A stretch of 64,000 bases of DNA from a phage. This document shows, one piece after another, positions 9,278 to 18,223 of the stretch. The position numbers and the translations under genes were made by a program. The DNA is taken from sequence record PZ445488.1. The stretch is one strand, 5' to 3'. The notes under the pieces were generated by a model that made no database searches, was not told the DNA's origin, and saw only the letters and a program-made list of their open reading frames with translations. Position 1 is the first letter of the stretch, and each line of letters starts with the position of its first letter.

Positions 9278-9391
9278 ATTTACCCTTAATTAATTAACCA
9301 AGCATTGATAAGCACTAAACCATATTGCGAATAAAATTCTGGACCAAAATGAAAAATCATATCATTTATAGTATCCATAATGTAATTCAAT

Positions 9392-9862
9392 TTAATCATG
9401 TTTCCACACCCCATCGGTATTTGACCAAAGTCGCTGATTATCTGATCCTCGCCACAGCTTTTTGGTCGGAAGATTTTTCTCATACTTCCCATCAATAATA
9501 ACATCAACATATTTAAGCATTTCTAGCTGTTTAATATCTTCAAACTTATATCCTGTCCACAACCAAATGCTTTTATTGGGATAAAGATTTTTTACTGTTT
9601 GAACAATGTAATGAATAACATCTCGGTTATCAGGATAGAGAGGGTCTCCTCCGGTTATAGTTAATCCTTCTATATAATCATTATTCAAACATTCAATTAA
9701 TTGTTCTAGTGTTTCACCAGTGAATGGAATACCATTTCTAGCGTTCCATGTTGATTTATTATAACACCCTTCGCATTTATGCAAACAACCTGTAACGAAA
9801 AGAACGACCCTACAACCAGGGCCATTCACAAAATCGCAAGGATAAAATCTATCATAATTCAT
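9392..9862 (-). CDS. nrdG: anaerobic ribonucleotide reductase activating protein NrdG (radical SAM)
   Basis: 156 aa; CLHKCEGC radical-SAM cysteine cluster; immediately downstream of nrdD. Confidence 0.9.
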   Translation of the reverse strand: MNYDRFYPCDFVNGPGCRVVLFVTGCLHKCEGCYNKSTWNARNGIPFTGETLEQLIECLNNDYIEGLTITGGDPLYPDNRDVIHYIVQTVKNLYPNKSIWLWTGYKFEDIKQLEMLKYVDVIIDGKYEKNLPTKKLWRGSDNQRLWSNTDGVWKHD

Positions 9863-11676
9863 TGGTGTTTAACCCTATGCATGATTTCTTTATTTTTACC
9901 GAGATTAAATCCGCGTTCGTTCGGATTTCCAAGATAACCGCATGTTCTTCTTATGGTGTTCATCTTTTTAGGATCAGTTTCTCCACAAACTGAACAAACA
10001 AATCCGTTTTCAGTAGGAGTCATTTCATGGGTACTTCCACACGTAAAACATTTATCTACTGGCATATTAACACCAAAATAATCTAAATGTTGTGCAGCAT
10101 AATCCCACACAGCCTCAAGACCTTTTAGGTTATTTTTCATATCAGGAAGTTCAACATAAGAAATGTGACCACCTGTCGCAATGAAATGATATGGCGCTTC
10201 ACGAGAAATCTTTTCAAACGGAGTAATATTTTCTTCTACTGAAACATGGAAACTATTAGTGTACCAGCCTTTATCAGTGACATCCTTTACACTTCCATAT
10301 TTTTCTGTATCAAGTTTACAGAAACGATAACACAAGTTTTCAGCAGGAGTAGAATATAAACTAAAAGCAAATCCAGTTCTTTCAGTCCACTGTTTAAGAT
10401 GAGCATTCATTTTAGTTAAAATTTCTTGTCCAATATCACGACCAACAAGAATATTCAATTCATGAATACCAATATATCCTAAAGACACTGAACTTCTACC
10501 GTTTTTAAATAACTCAATTATATCATCGTCGGGTTTAAGACGAACACCAAATGCACCTTCTTGGTAAAGAATAGGAGCAACAGTAGCTTTAACTCCTTTT
10601 AAGGAACTAATTCTACACATCAAGGCTTCAAAGCACAGATCCATTCGTTCATTAAATAACTCAACAAATTTCTGTTCATTGAACTGTGTTCCAATATAAG
10701 AATCTAACGCGATGCGAGGAAGATTCAGTGTTACAACACCGAGATTATTACGTCCATCAAGAATTTCATTACCAGTCGAATCTTTCCATACACTCAAGAA
10801 ACTACGGCAGCCCATTGGAGAAACAGGAATAGATGAGCCGGTGATAGCTTTATTATTCTTAACAGAAATAATGTCAGGATACATTCTTTTGCTTGCACAC
10901 TCTAGAGCGAGTTGCTTAATATCATAGTTCGGATCGTCTTTATAAAGATTAACACCCTCTTCGACAAACATAACAAGTTTAGGGAAAATAGGAGTTATTC
11001 CATCACGACCAAGACCTTTAATCCGATTTTTCAGAATTGCTTTCTGAATCATTCGTTCGGTCCAATCAGTTCCAGTACCAAATGTAATTGTTACAAAAGG
11101 CGTTTGCCCGTTTGAACTAAAAAGAGTATTTACCTCATACTCATAAGCTTGAAATGCGTCATATACATCTTTTTCTGTTTTAGATTGAGCATAATTCAGA
11201 ATGTCTGGTATTTGCCATTTTTCTGCATCTTCAACATGTTTAGCGTATGTACGTTTAACATAAGGAGAAAGAACTTTATCGACATTCGCAAATGTAGTTC
11301 CGCCGTACTGATGTGAAGCAACTTGTGCAGTAATTTGTGCCATAATTGCAGTAGCAACACCAATCGATTTAGGCGTTTCAATTTGAGCATTGCCCAATTT
11401 AAATCCGTTCTCAAGCATCCCCTTTAAATCGACTAAACAGCAATTGGTAAACGGAAGAGCAGGAGAATAATCAATATCATGCATGTGGATAATTCCACTT
11501 TCATGCGCATTCATAATAAAAGACGGGACCATATTTTTGGCAATGTGCTTAGACACAATACCAGCCATAAGGTCCCGTTGAGTTGGAAAAACACGAGAAT
11601 CTTTATTAGCATTCTCGTTCAAAAGATCTTTATTAGTTTTATAAATTAATCCTTCAATTTCTTTTTCAATTTTCAT
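9859..11676 (-). CDS. nrdD: anaerobic ribonucleoside-triphosphate reductase NrdD (glycyl radical enzyme)
   Basis: 605 aa contiguous ORF; C-terminal zinc-ribbon CFTCG...CSVCG and glycyl-radical motif RTCGYLG; T4 NrdD length; no intron. Confidence 0.95.
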   Translation of the reverse strand: MKIEKEIEGLIYKTNKDLLNENANKDSRVFPTQRDLMAGIVSKHIAKNMVPSFIMNAHESGIIHMHDIDYSPALPFTNCCLVDLKGMLENGFKLGNAQIETPKSIGVATAIMAQITAQVASHQYGGTTFANVDKVLSPYVKRTYAKHVEDAEKWQIPDILNYAQSKTEKDVYDAFQAYEYEVNTLFSSNGQTPFVTITFGTGTDWTERMIQKAILKNRIKGLGRDGITPIFPKLVMFVEEGVNLYKDDPNYDIKQLALECASKRMYPDIISVKNNKAITGSSIPVSPMGCRSFLSVWKDSTGNEILDGRNNLGVVTLNLPRIALDSYIGTQFNEQKFVELFNERMDLCFEALMCRISSLKGVKATVAPILYQEGAFGVRLKPDDDIIELFKNGRSSVSLGYIGIHELNILVGRDIGQEILTKMNAHLKQWTERTGFAFSLYSTPAENLCYRFCKLDTEKYGSVKDVTDKGWYTNSFHVSVEENITPFEKISREAPYHFIATGGHISYVELPDMKNNLKGLEAVWDYAAQHLDYFGVNMPVDKCFTCGSTHEMTPTENGFVCSVCGETDPKKMNTIRRTCGYLGNPNERGFNLGKNKEIMHRVKHQ

Positions 11677-12146
11677 TTTAAACTCTTTCTAAGCTGCTTT
11701 TTGAATGAAGCTATTAATTGTGTTTTAGTATCAGATTCATTATATTCAAATCCTCTTTGAAGCATCTCAGTCATCATTTCCTCTTTACCTAGTCTTGAGA
11801 ACTCTTTAGTTTTGTCTGGAACAAAATTAGGATGGATATTATTATCAGAATAATCTTGTTTCAAATAAGCAAGAAGAGCTTCAAGCCATTCGAGGTAGTC
11901 GACATCACGACCTTTAAGACCAGAACGGTTGAACTTATGCTTCATTTGGCCTTCTGCTGCGTTGCACAGATTACAGAGTAATCCACGAACTCTACCGGCT
12001 TTTGGCCCGTTTAACTCGTGGTCGTGGTCAAGATGGTTACCTTGAACATCAGGGTCTAATTCACGGTGGCAAATAGGACACTTACCGTTCTGTGCATCAT
12101 AAAATTTTTGTTTTTCTTCTTTATATTTTGCGCCTGATAATAACAT
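11673..12146 (-). CDS. 49: endonuclease VII (Holliday junction resolvase) gp49
   Basis: 157 aa; MLLSGAKYKEEKQKFYDAQNGKCPIC...HLDHDHELNGPKAG; near-identical to recalled T4 gp49. Confidence 0.92.
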   Translation of the reverse strand: MLLSGAKYKEEKQKFYDAQNGKCPICHRELDPDVQGNHLDHDHELNGPKAGRVRGLLCNLCNAAEGQMKHKFNRSGLKGRDVDYLEWLEALLAYLKQDYSDNNIHPNFVPDKTKEFSRLGKEEMMTEMLQRGFEYNESDTKTQLIASFKKQLRKSLK

Positions 12147-12152
12147 GATAAA

Positions 12153-12183
12153 CCCTTACCTTAAATAGATAAGGGTATTTATA
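12153..12183 (-). promoter_or_regulatory. late promoter TATAAATA plus RBS-sequestering hairpin upstream of gene 49
   Basis: Minus strand TATAAATA (12183..12176) followed by CCCTTA-loop-TAAGGG hairpin whose 3' arm contains the SD of gene 49. Confidence 0.55.
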
Positions 12184-12185
12184 AT

Positions 12186-12356
12186 TTAGTAAATGTTATA
12201 AAAGTTACGATGAGAACGTTTAGCTTTGCGAAGCTGACGTTTAGTAGGACGAACTGTAAATGGTTGTCCAGAGAAAAAATTCGGATCGGTTTTAATAAGC
12301 AAATACCAATCACGCTTGCCATTTTTTAATAAACGGTACAATAATTTAACTTGCAT
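12186..12356 (-). CDS. hypothetical small protein (56 aa)
   Basis: Track start 12383 is TTG; in-frame ATG at 12356. Confidence 0.3.
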   Translation of the reverse strand: MQVKLLYRLLKNGKRDWYLLIKTDPNFFSGQPFTVRPTKRQLRKAKRSHRNFYNIY

Positions 12357-12484
12357 AATAATCTCTTCCCATTTCCATATCAATTAATTCATTTATTGAA
12401 GGTTCATCATAACATGGTTCTTCGTCGTTGTAAACCGTTTCGACGTCTGGCTCGACAGTCTCCCATCGAGCCGAATACCATGGT

Positions 12485-12841
12485 TTAACCCCGGAGTTTA
12501 TTGAGCTCTTCATAATCAATCCAGGATTCTAGCCCTGATGGCAGGTCACATTCAATGTTCCACAGAAGCTCTTCAATGGCTTGCAGGCGATTATATTCTT
12601 CAACGGTAATGGTAACCATTGGTGCAACCGGTTCTGCCTTTTTAACCATCATGTCGTTCATCAGGACGTAAAGGTCATCACGAACGACAGTGTCGTTCCA
12701 ACCCCATGATTTGGCTTCGTAAGCTAATGATGAAGGGAGCACATTTAAAACTTCAATAATAGTTGGAGCATCAGGACCAAGTTCATTGGCACAAACTTCG
12801 TATACATCTTGGAAATCTTTAAGATTTAATGAATATGTCAT
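12485..12841 (-). CDS. hypothetical protein
   Basis: 118 aa ORF, ATG start. Confidence 0.45.
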   Translation of the reverse strand: MTYSLNLKDFQDVYEVCANELGPDAPTIIEVLNVLPSSLAYEAKSWGWNDTVVRDDLYVLMNDMMVKKAEPVAPMVTITVEEYNRLQAIEELLWNIECDLPSGLESWIDYEELNKLRG

Positions 12842-12859
12842 TTAAAATATTCTCGCAGT

Positions 12860-13156
12860 TTATTGTTCTACCCAGGCACAGGAAACTTCGAAATCAGGAC
12901 CACCGTATTCCCAGTGATATTCACCAACAGGAATCCAGTCACCGTGCTCGTTTTCTTCATAGTCCTCAGCCTCAAGGCCAACGAATCGCCATTGGACACC
13001 GATGATTCGATTACCCATTAATATATGAAATTCACCCCATGGATTATCGATAGCATATTGGATATCGTTCTTAGCACGAGAACACATTTCTTGATATAAC
13101 AAAGCTTCTAATTCGCCCTGATCATAAGGGCCCGGGAAAGTTAAATCAATACTCAT
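12860..13156 (-). CDS. hypothetical protein
   Basis: 98 aa ORF, ATG start. Confidence 0.45.
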   Translation of the reverse strand: MSIDLTFPGPYDQGELEALLYQEMCSRAKNDIQYAIDNPWGEFHILMGNRIIGVQWRFVGLEAEDYEENEHGDWIPVGEYHWEYGGPDFEVSCAWVEQ

Positions 13157-13416
13157 TTAAAATATTCTCGTAGTTGGTCAAATCCACCAATATGACTTCC
13201 ATCAGGAGCAAATACTTGAGGCATAGTCAATCCAACTTGTGATTCACGTCCAAGCTTAACCAGAAGCTCAGCAATTTTCTCATCATCAAAAACACCTTTT
13301 TCTGGCATAACATTAATGAATTCGAATGGCTGTTTCTTAACAGTCAGCAATCGTTTCGCATTATCACAATAAATGCATTTATGAATAGTAGAGTCATACC
13401 CGTACACTTTAAACAT
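13153..13416 (-). CDS. nrdC: thioredoxin/glutaredoxin NrdC
   Basis: 87 aa from ATG 13416: MFKVYGYDSTIHKCIYCDNAKRLL...; near-identical to recalled T4 NrdC; AAAGGA SD. Confidence 0.9.
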   Translation of the reverse strand: MFKVYGYDSTIHKCIYCDNAKRLLTVKKQPFEFINVMPEKGVFDDEKIAELLVKLGRESQVGLTMPQVFAPDGSHIGGFDQLREYFK

Positions 13417-13822
13417 TATTTTTCCTTTCATCGATTAAATATGCAATGCCAAATACAATACATGTAATAAAACCTGTGATACAGATAGAAACCAACAACA
13501 CTGTACCAAAGAACCAAATCAAGTTATTTTTAGTAGTTTGTTTGATATCCATCTCACGAATTTCTATAGCTATCGTATCACCTTTATTCAGAAGCGTATA
13601 AAACGACGGTGATACACGCCTGTCAAAAACTCGTCCTTGCTCATCTTTATAGACTGCAATAAATTCTAATTTAGAATATTTTCCTGTAGATTGGCCTGAG
13701 ATTAATTCCACTACCTCCACAGGAATTACTTTAGTTTCCATGTAAGTATTCTGACTGTTCCAAATGAATGGAATAATGGCAAAAACTAAAGCTGCGATAA
13801 AACAACGAAGGCTATATCTCAT
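13409..13822 (-). CDS. hypothetical membrane protein
   Basis: 137 aa with N- and C-terminal hydrophobic segments. Confidence 0.5.
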   Translation of the reverse strand: MRYSLRCFIAALVFAIIPFIWNSQNTYMETKVIPVEVVELISGQSTGKYSKLEFIAVYKDEQGRVFDRRVSPSFYTLLNKGDTIAIEIREMDIKQTTKNNLIWFFGTVLLVSICITGFITCIVFGIAYLIDERKNNV

Positions 13823-14127
13823 TATAATATTCTCTCAAATTTGTGGAAGCATTTACGGCATTTCAATTTCAAGTTATCAGTGGTCCAGTTAACCAGTTGG
13901 ACTTGGATAGTTCCACATTCCGGGCATGGATGTTTTGCTGCTGATTTGGCAGCATTTTCACGTCGTTCAACCATTTTCATTATTTCGTTCCATGCCGGAG
14001 GAACGAACTCTTCTTCACCGTGGATTTTATCTCGCTGAACAAATTCAATCTTTGAACTATCGTCAATAAACTTAACCAAGCAGTGGTTAGTGTTCATATC
14101 AATATCCTCTAAAAGACGTAGTTTCAT
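13822..14127 (-). CDS. hypothetical zinc-ribbon protein
   Basis: 101 aa; CPECG...CRKC four-cysteine cluster at C-terminus. Confidence 0.5.
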   Translation of the reverse strand: MKLRLLEDIDMNTNHCLVKFIDDSSKIEFVQRDKIHGEEEFVPPAWNEIMKMVERRENAAKSAAKHPCPECGTIQVQLVNWTTDNLKLKCRKCFHKFERIL

Positions 14128-15077
14128 TATAACACCTCAATGGCATTTCGTAAACCATCCGCTTTTGCATTCAGAGCTTTTAATGATTTAGTTTGTTCTG
14201 CAATCTGGGCTTCGACTTCTTTCAGACGTGATTTGAGGTATTCACGTTCTTCGCTCAGGTTATCAACCTTTTCTGCTTTAGGTTCTTTAATAGGCTTAGA
14301 CTTAAACACATTAGGATTCTTCAGCTTAATTCGGGTGCGAGAACTATATAACATTGAACCGTTATCTTCGGATTCGTCGAACGTTTCAACAACATCCATA
14401 GTCTCTAACAATGTAATAAGTTTATAAGACAATGAACGAACGGTTTTGTTATGCTTATTAATTTCTTCAGCTTTCATGGTACCGAGATTACGTGAGTAGT
14501 AATAAGGAACCTGGATATCAATTGATAATGATGCGTTACCATTACCGGTTGGTTTGAATACTGCAGTAACCCAATCTTTAACATGAACTTTATTTGTACG
14601 GCCATCACCGCCAGTGAATAATTTACGAGAATGTTTAAAAAGCATATTCACTTGGTTATTGAATTCACAAGCAAATTTATCAGCAAATTTAGTTTCAGGA
14701 ATGGTAGATAACCAATCAGCCAAATGAGTCTTTTTAACATCATTAACAATAGTGAATTCAACCAAATCGGTTTTAGATGTCACAGATTTAATAAAGCTCG
14801 GCTTCATAAAGTTTTTAATGTTATCGCGAGCTACAGTAGAAGATAATAAACGAGAACGTTTGAACCATTGAAGCAGTGTCCCTAATGAATGAGAATACGC
14901 ATTCTGAGTATCTTTACAGATATGATTTTCTTGACCTGTGTATGTACCAAAATCGCGAAGAATACCACTTACTACATCTCGGTGTGGAACATCAAATCCT
15001 AGTGCACCAACAGCGCGCTTGGCATGAACGTTAGCGATAAGACCGGCAAAGTATTCAATGTAATGTGAACGTGTCAT
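14127..15077 (-). CDS. hypothetical protein with C-terminal coiled coil
   Basis: 316 aa; ATG start; heptad-like C-terminal ~50 aa; preceded by early-promoter repeat. Confidence 0.55.
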   Translation of the reverse strand: MTRSHYIEYFAGLIANVHAKRAVGALGFDVPHRDVVSGILRDFGTYTGQENHICKDTQNAYSHSLGTLLQWFKRSRLLSSTVARDNIKNFMKPSFIKSVTSKTDLVEFTIVNDVKKTHLADWLSTIPETKFADKFACEFNNQVNMLFKHSRKLFTGGDGRTNKVHVKDWVTAVFKPTGNGNASLSIDIQVPYYYSRNLGTMKAEEINKHNKTVRSLSYKLITLLETMDVVETFDESEDNGSMLYSSRTRIKLKNPNVFKSKPIKEPKAEKVDNLSEEREYLKSRLKEVEAQIAEQTKSLKALNAKADGLRNAIEVL

Positions 15078-15106
15078 AATATTTTCCTCTCGTTAAGATA
15101 GATTCA

Positions 15107-15132
15107 TTATACTCCAACCATCCTTGGTTGTA
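15107..15132 (-). promoter_or_regulatory. early-promoter-like repeat (GTTTAC - stem-loop - TATAAT), copy 1
   Basis: Minus sense GTTTACAACCAAGGATGGTTGGAGTATAAT; 26 nt identical to 16127..16152. Confidence 0.5.
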
Positions 15133-15139
15133 AACCGTT

Positions 15140-16099
15140 TTATGATTTTAATGCATTCATTGCATTAAAAAGTTTAGAATACTGCAACTGGAGATTCGTT
15201 ACAACACTTTGAGCATCACGAAGCTTAGCTTGTGCTTTGTCAAGTTCAACGGACAGTTGGTCCATAGTGGCCTTGATTTGATTGTAATGGTAATCTTCGA
15301 CCGGAAGAAGGTCATTAGAAACATTTAGTTTTACTGCAGACAGTTTGCACACATTTGGCAAACCTTTAAACATTGATTTACCCGAAGTAGAATATGAACC
15401 TAGAACTTCAGCATTACCAATTGGGGTTGCAGTAATTGACGCTTCAAATGTTGCATTTTCCTTTTTAAGATTTTGATAGTATTCAGAGTCTTTGTGCCAC
15501 CATGGCGCAGGAACCTTTTTACCAATAGATACACGAGCCTGGATAGCGATATGGCCCTTATTCTTGATAGGGTCGATAATATTAAGCTCACGAGAATAAA
15601 TTGCTTTAATCTGGTGGATATTATCACCTAAAACTTCCAACGCTTGGTGGAATACACGAGCAACGTTATCATTCTTAGGTTTATACGTAAGAGTGAACTC
15701 GTTCTCACTGATAACCATGATTTCCAACTTATCGTAAGTATATTTCAAATGTTTCATGTTAATTGCTTGAGGACGAATACGAGAAGCAATGGCCATCAGA
15801 TTGTTAAGGTTATTCCGGAACTGCTTAGCGAAATATTGTCCTTCACCGCCAATACAAAAATTACGAAGTTTCTGTTTGGCTAATAAACGGCTGAACTCAC
15901 CATTTTTAATGAACTCTTTAACGGGCGTGTTAGTAACACATTCAAATTGAGTAAACATACGAGAAGTAATCCCATAATACGAACAGACTTCCTCAATCTC
16001 TTCAGGAGTTTTTACAGGCATACGGATAGGATTAGGTCCTGGAGTATATGCGTTCGAGGTAAATTCTTTGATAAGTTCTCTACGTGTAATAAAAGCCAT
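15140..16099 (-). CDS. hypothetical protein with C-terminal coiled coil
   Basis: 319 aa; ATG start; C-terminal coiled-coil-like segment. Confidence 0.55.
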   Translation of the reverse strand: MAFITRRELIKEFTSNAYTPGPNPIRMPVKTPEEIEEVCSYYGITSRMFTQFECVTNTPVKEFIKNGEFSRLLAKQKLRNFCIGGEGQYFAKQFRNNLNNLMAIASRIRPQAINMKHLKYTYDKLEIMVISENEFTLTYKPKNDNVARVFHQALEVLGDNIHQIKAIYSRELNIIDPIKNKGHIAIQARVSIGKKVPAPWWHKDSEYYQNLKKENATFEASITATPIGNAEVLGSYSTSGKSMFKGLPNVCKLSAVKLNVSNDLLPVEDYHYNQIKATMDQLSVELDKAQAKLRDAQSVVTNLQLQYSKLFNAMNALKS

Positions 16100-16126
16100 T
16101 TTATATTCCTCATGTTGAAAAATTTA

Positions 16127-16152
16127 TTATACTCCAACCATCCTTGGTTGTA
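16127..16152 (-). promoter_or_regulatory. early-promoter-like repeat, copy 2
   Basis: Identical 26-nt core to 15107..15132 upstream of the next gene. Confidence 0.5.
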
Positions 16153-16154
16153 CA

Positions 16155-17150
16155 TCATTCCTTAAGAAGTTTTACTACTTGAATAAGATTAGCTCGTTCT
16201 GTTTTATTTTTACCATTTAAGCCTGCTAATCGTGAGATTTCATCGTCAGTCTGTTGAATAGTTACATTAAGTTCGTTAATCAAAGCTTCAAAGTATTTGA
16301 TTTGCTCAGCATGTTTTGATTCAAATTTCTGAACCGGAATAACGTCTTGGTTCAGTTCATCAATAAGGTCTTTAAGAGCATCTTCTTGGTTGATATCATA
16401 TTCAACTTCTTTTATTTCTTCAACGAGCTCGTCTTTATATCTAACGTCTTTTAGTCCTGGAGCTGGTCCTGAAATCTCTTCTTTAAGAGTACAAACATAC
16501 CCAATACGGTATCCAATGCCGTCTCGCTTGATATCAACTTCGTCGATAAATCCACAATGTTTAAGACCAGAGCCGATTATGTCAAAATATCCTTGACGTC
16601 GTCCTTCAAACGTTACACGAACTACTAAGACAGTTTTACCACCAACCTTTTGAAGCTCACATTTATAAAAGTCTGTTGAACCTGAATAACGTGGATGAGT
16701 TTTAAAGTTCATCTGACGATCTAGGCCCATTTGTAAACGTGCTGTTACGGCCATAAAACGTGTTTGGTTCTCGTTAAGATGAGCAACAATCCATTTCAAA
16801 GGCATTTTACACTGTTCACGACCGAACAAATCAGTACGTCCTAGATTACGCAGGATATTGTTAGAGTTAATCATCGACAGAACGTTAAGTTTATTCAGCG
16901 CGCTGAAGATTCCATCAGCCATTGATTTTCCATAACCTTTACACGCTTTAATAAGTGCTCGCGGCAGATTAGTATAGATTTCAGACGGCATATGAAAATC
17001 AAATTTACTAGTCAGTAATTGATGAACTTGGATAGCAATTTGCTCATAATTAAGTGCTCTGCGATCGTTATGGTCTTTAAACCACACTTTAATCTGTGAA
17101 GCACATAAACCGTTAATTTCATGTTTTACCGCATCAGATGTAATACTCAT
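16155..17150 (-). CDS. hypothetical protein with C-terminal coiled coil
   Basis: 331 aa; ATG start; C-terminal coiled-coil-like segment. Confidence 0.55.
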   Translation of the reverse strand: MSITSDAVKHEINGLCASQIKVWFKDHNDRRALNYEQIAIQVHQLLTSKFDFHMPSEIYTNLPRALIKACKGYGKSMADGIFSALNKLNVLSMINSNNILRNLGRTDLFGREQCKMPLKWIVAHLNENQTRFMAVTARLQMGLDRQMNFKTHPRYSGSTDFYKCELQKVGGKTVLVVRVTFEGRRQGYFDIIGSGLKHCGFIDEVDIKRDGIGYRIGYVCTLKEEISGPAPGLKDVRYKDELVEEIKEVEYDINQEDALKDLIDELNQDVIPVQKFESKHAEQIKYFEALINELNVTIQQTDDEISRLAGLNGKNKTERANLIQVVKLLKE

Positions 17151-17212
17151 AACTATTTCCTCAGATTGAATTGGAACTCAAAACCATTATAACCCGTCCT
17201 TGGGTAAAGCGT

Positions 17213-17740
17213 TTATGCGTGAACCGTCTTTAAACGTTCTTCAAATTTCCGAAGAGTACTAATACGTTCTGCTTTCTGTTTTGTATAGTTTGCAATACGT
17301 TCTGAAGTGAGAGCGTATCGTTCGTTTACTGTTTCTTTCATGAAGTCAGGGATTTCACGAGAAGCTTTAATTTCATCAAACTTGTCGAGTACTGCCTGGT
17401 CTTCAGCGATTAAATTTTCATACATCTCGATATCTTTCTTGATAAACTCGATATCTTCCTGAGTTACTTTGGATAAACGAGATGCTTTATCCTTTTTGTA
17501 CTGCTCGTTAGTTTCACGAGACCAGAATAATGTACGTTTTTTGTTAGTGTTTTTGTAGACTTCCACAATTCCAACTGAATCGATGATAACAATCCAATTC
17601 CAGCGAGATTTGAAAATCTGACCTCCATCCACGGTAATCTCGTTACCATAAGCAACGTCATTAAAGAACTTGCTCTGTGCTTCAGATTTAAATTTACCGT
17701 CGTTATAATTTACCAGGTTGAAAATATCTTTAGCGTTCAT
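17213..17740 (-). CDS. hypothetical protein
   Basis: 175 aa ORF, ATG start. Confidence 0.5.
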   Translation of the reverse strand: MNAKDIFNLVNYNDGKFKSEAQSKFFNDVAYGNEITVDGGQIFKSRWNWIVIIDSVGIVEVYKNTNKKRTLFWSRETNEQYKKDKASRLSKVTQEDIEFIKKDIEMYENLIAEDQAVLDKFDEIKASREIPDFMKETVNERYALTSERIANYTKQKAERISTLRKFEERLKTVHA

Positions 17741-17758
17741 GTTTTACCTCCAGTAGTT

Positions 17759-17796
17759 GATAGGTCTATAATAACATAACCATAGACCTTGTAAAC
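17759..17796 (-). promoter_or_regulatory. PeSL-like early promoter with stem-loop
   Basis: Minus sense GTTTAC...TATTATAGACCTATC with TAGGTCTAT/ATAGACCT inverted repeat. Confidence 0.5.
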
Positions 17797-17798
17797 AA

Positions 17799-18086
17799 CT
17801 AAAAGAAACTTTTTTCGGTATTTTTTCCACTGAACCAAACAGACTTCGGGATTTTTTGTAATTTTTCAGATTTAAGTTTCTCTTCCTGTTCTTTCTTATA
17901 TACACTCTTGTCGTACTGGAGCATCTCTATGGCATTCTTTTGCAAATGATCTAAGGTAATTAAGGCTTTAGTTTTTCCTTTCAAGGAAGAGTCCTGGCGA
18001 ACTTCCTCGCTATATTGCATCGTAGAACTAACCATACGATGTGCATAGAGTTCGACTGCGGCTTTAATTTTTTGCATAAAATCCAT
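17799..18086 (-). CDS. hypothetical protein
   Basis: 95 aa ORF, ATG start. Confidence 0.45.
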   Translation of the reverse strand: MDFMQKIKAAVELYAHRMVSSTMQYSEEVRQDSSLKGKTKALITLDHLQKNAIEMLQYDKSVYKKEQEEKLKSEKLQKIPKSVWFSGKNTEKSFF

Positions 18087-18223
18087 AACATATCCTCTTT
18101 GATTTGTACATCATTATTTTAAATATTTCTATGCCCTCAGTAGGTTCCTGGTGTCCTTCTTTGAGGTAAGCCATATGATTATTCATCTTTATGGCTTTTG
18201 TTACCTCAGGACTTCCTGTAAGC

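Noticed and set aside
9286-9510. ORF 9286..9510 overlapping the 3' end of nrdG
   Set aside because: Overlaps nrdG by ~120 nt in another frame; only a ~37-aa segment downstream of nrdG could be real and I could not support it
9859-11676. Expected group I intron / homing endonuclease inside nrdD (as in T4)
   Set aside because: nrdD is a single uninterrupted 605-codon frame with both the zinc ribbon and glycyl-radical motif in frame; no intron-like insertion is present
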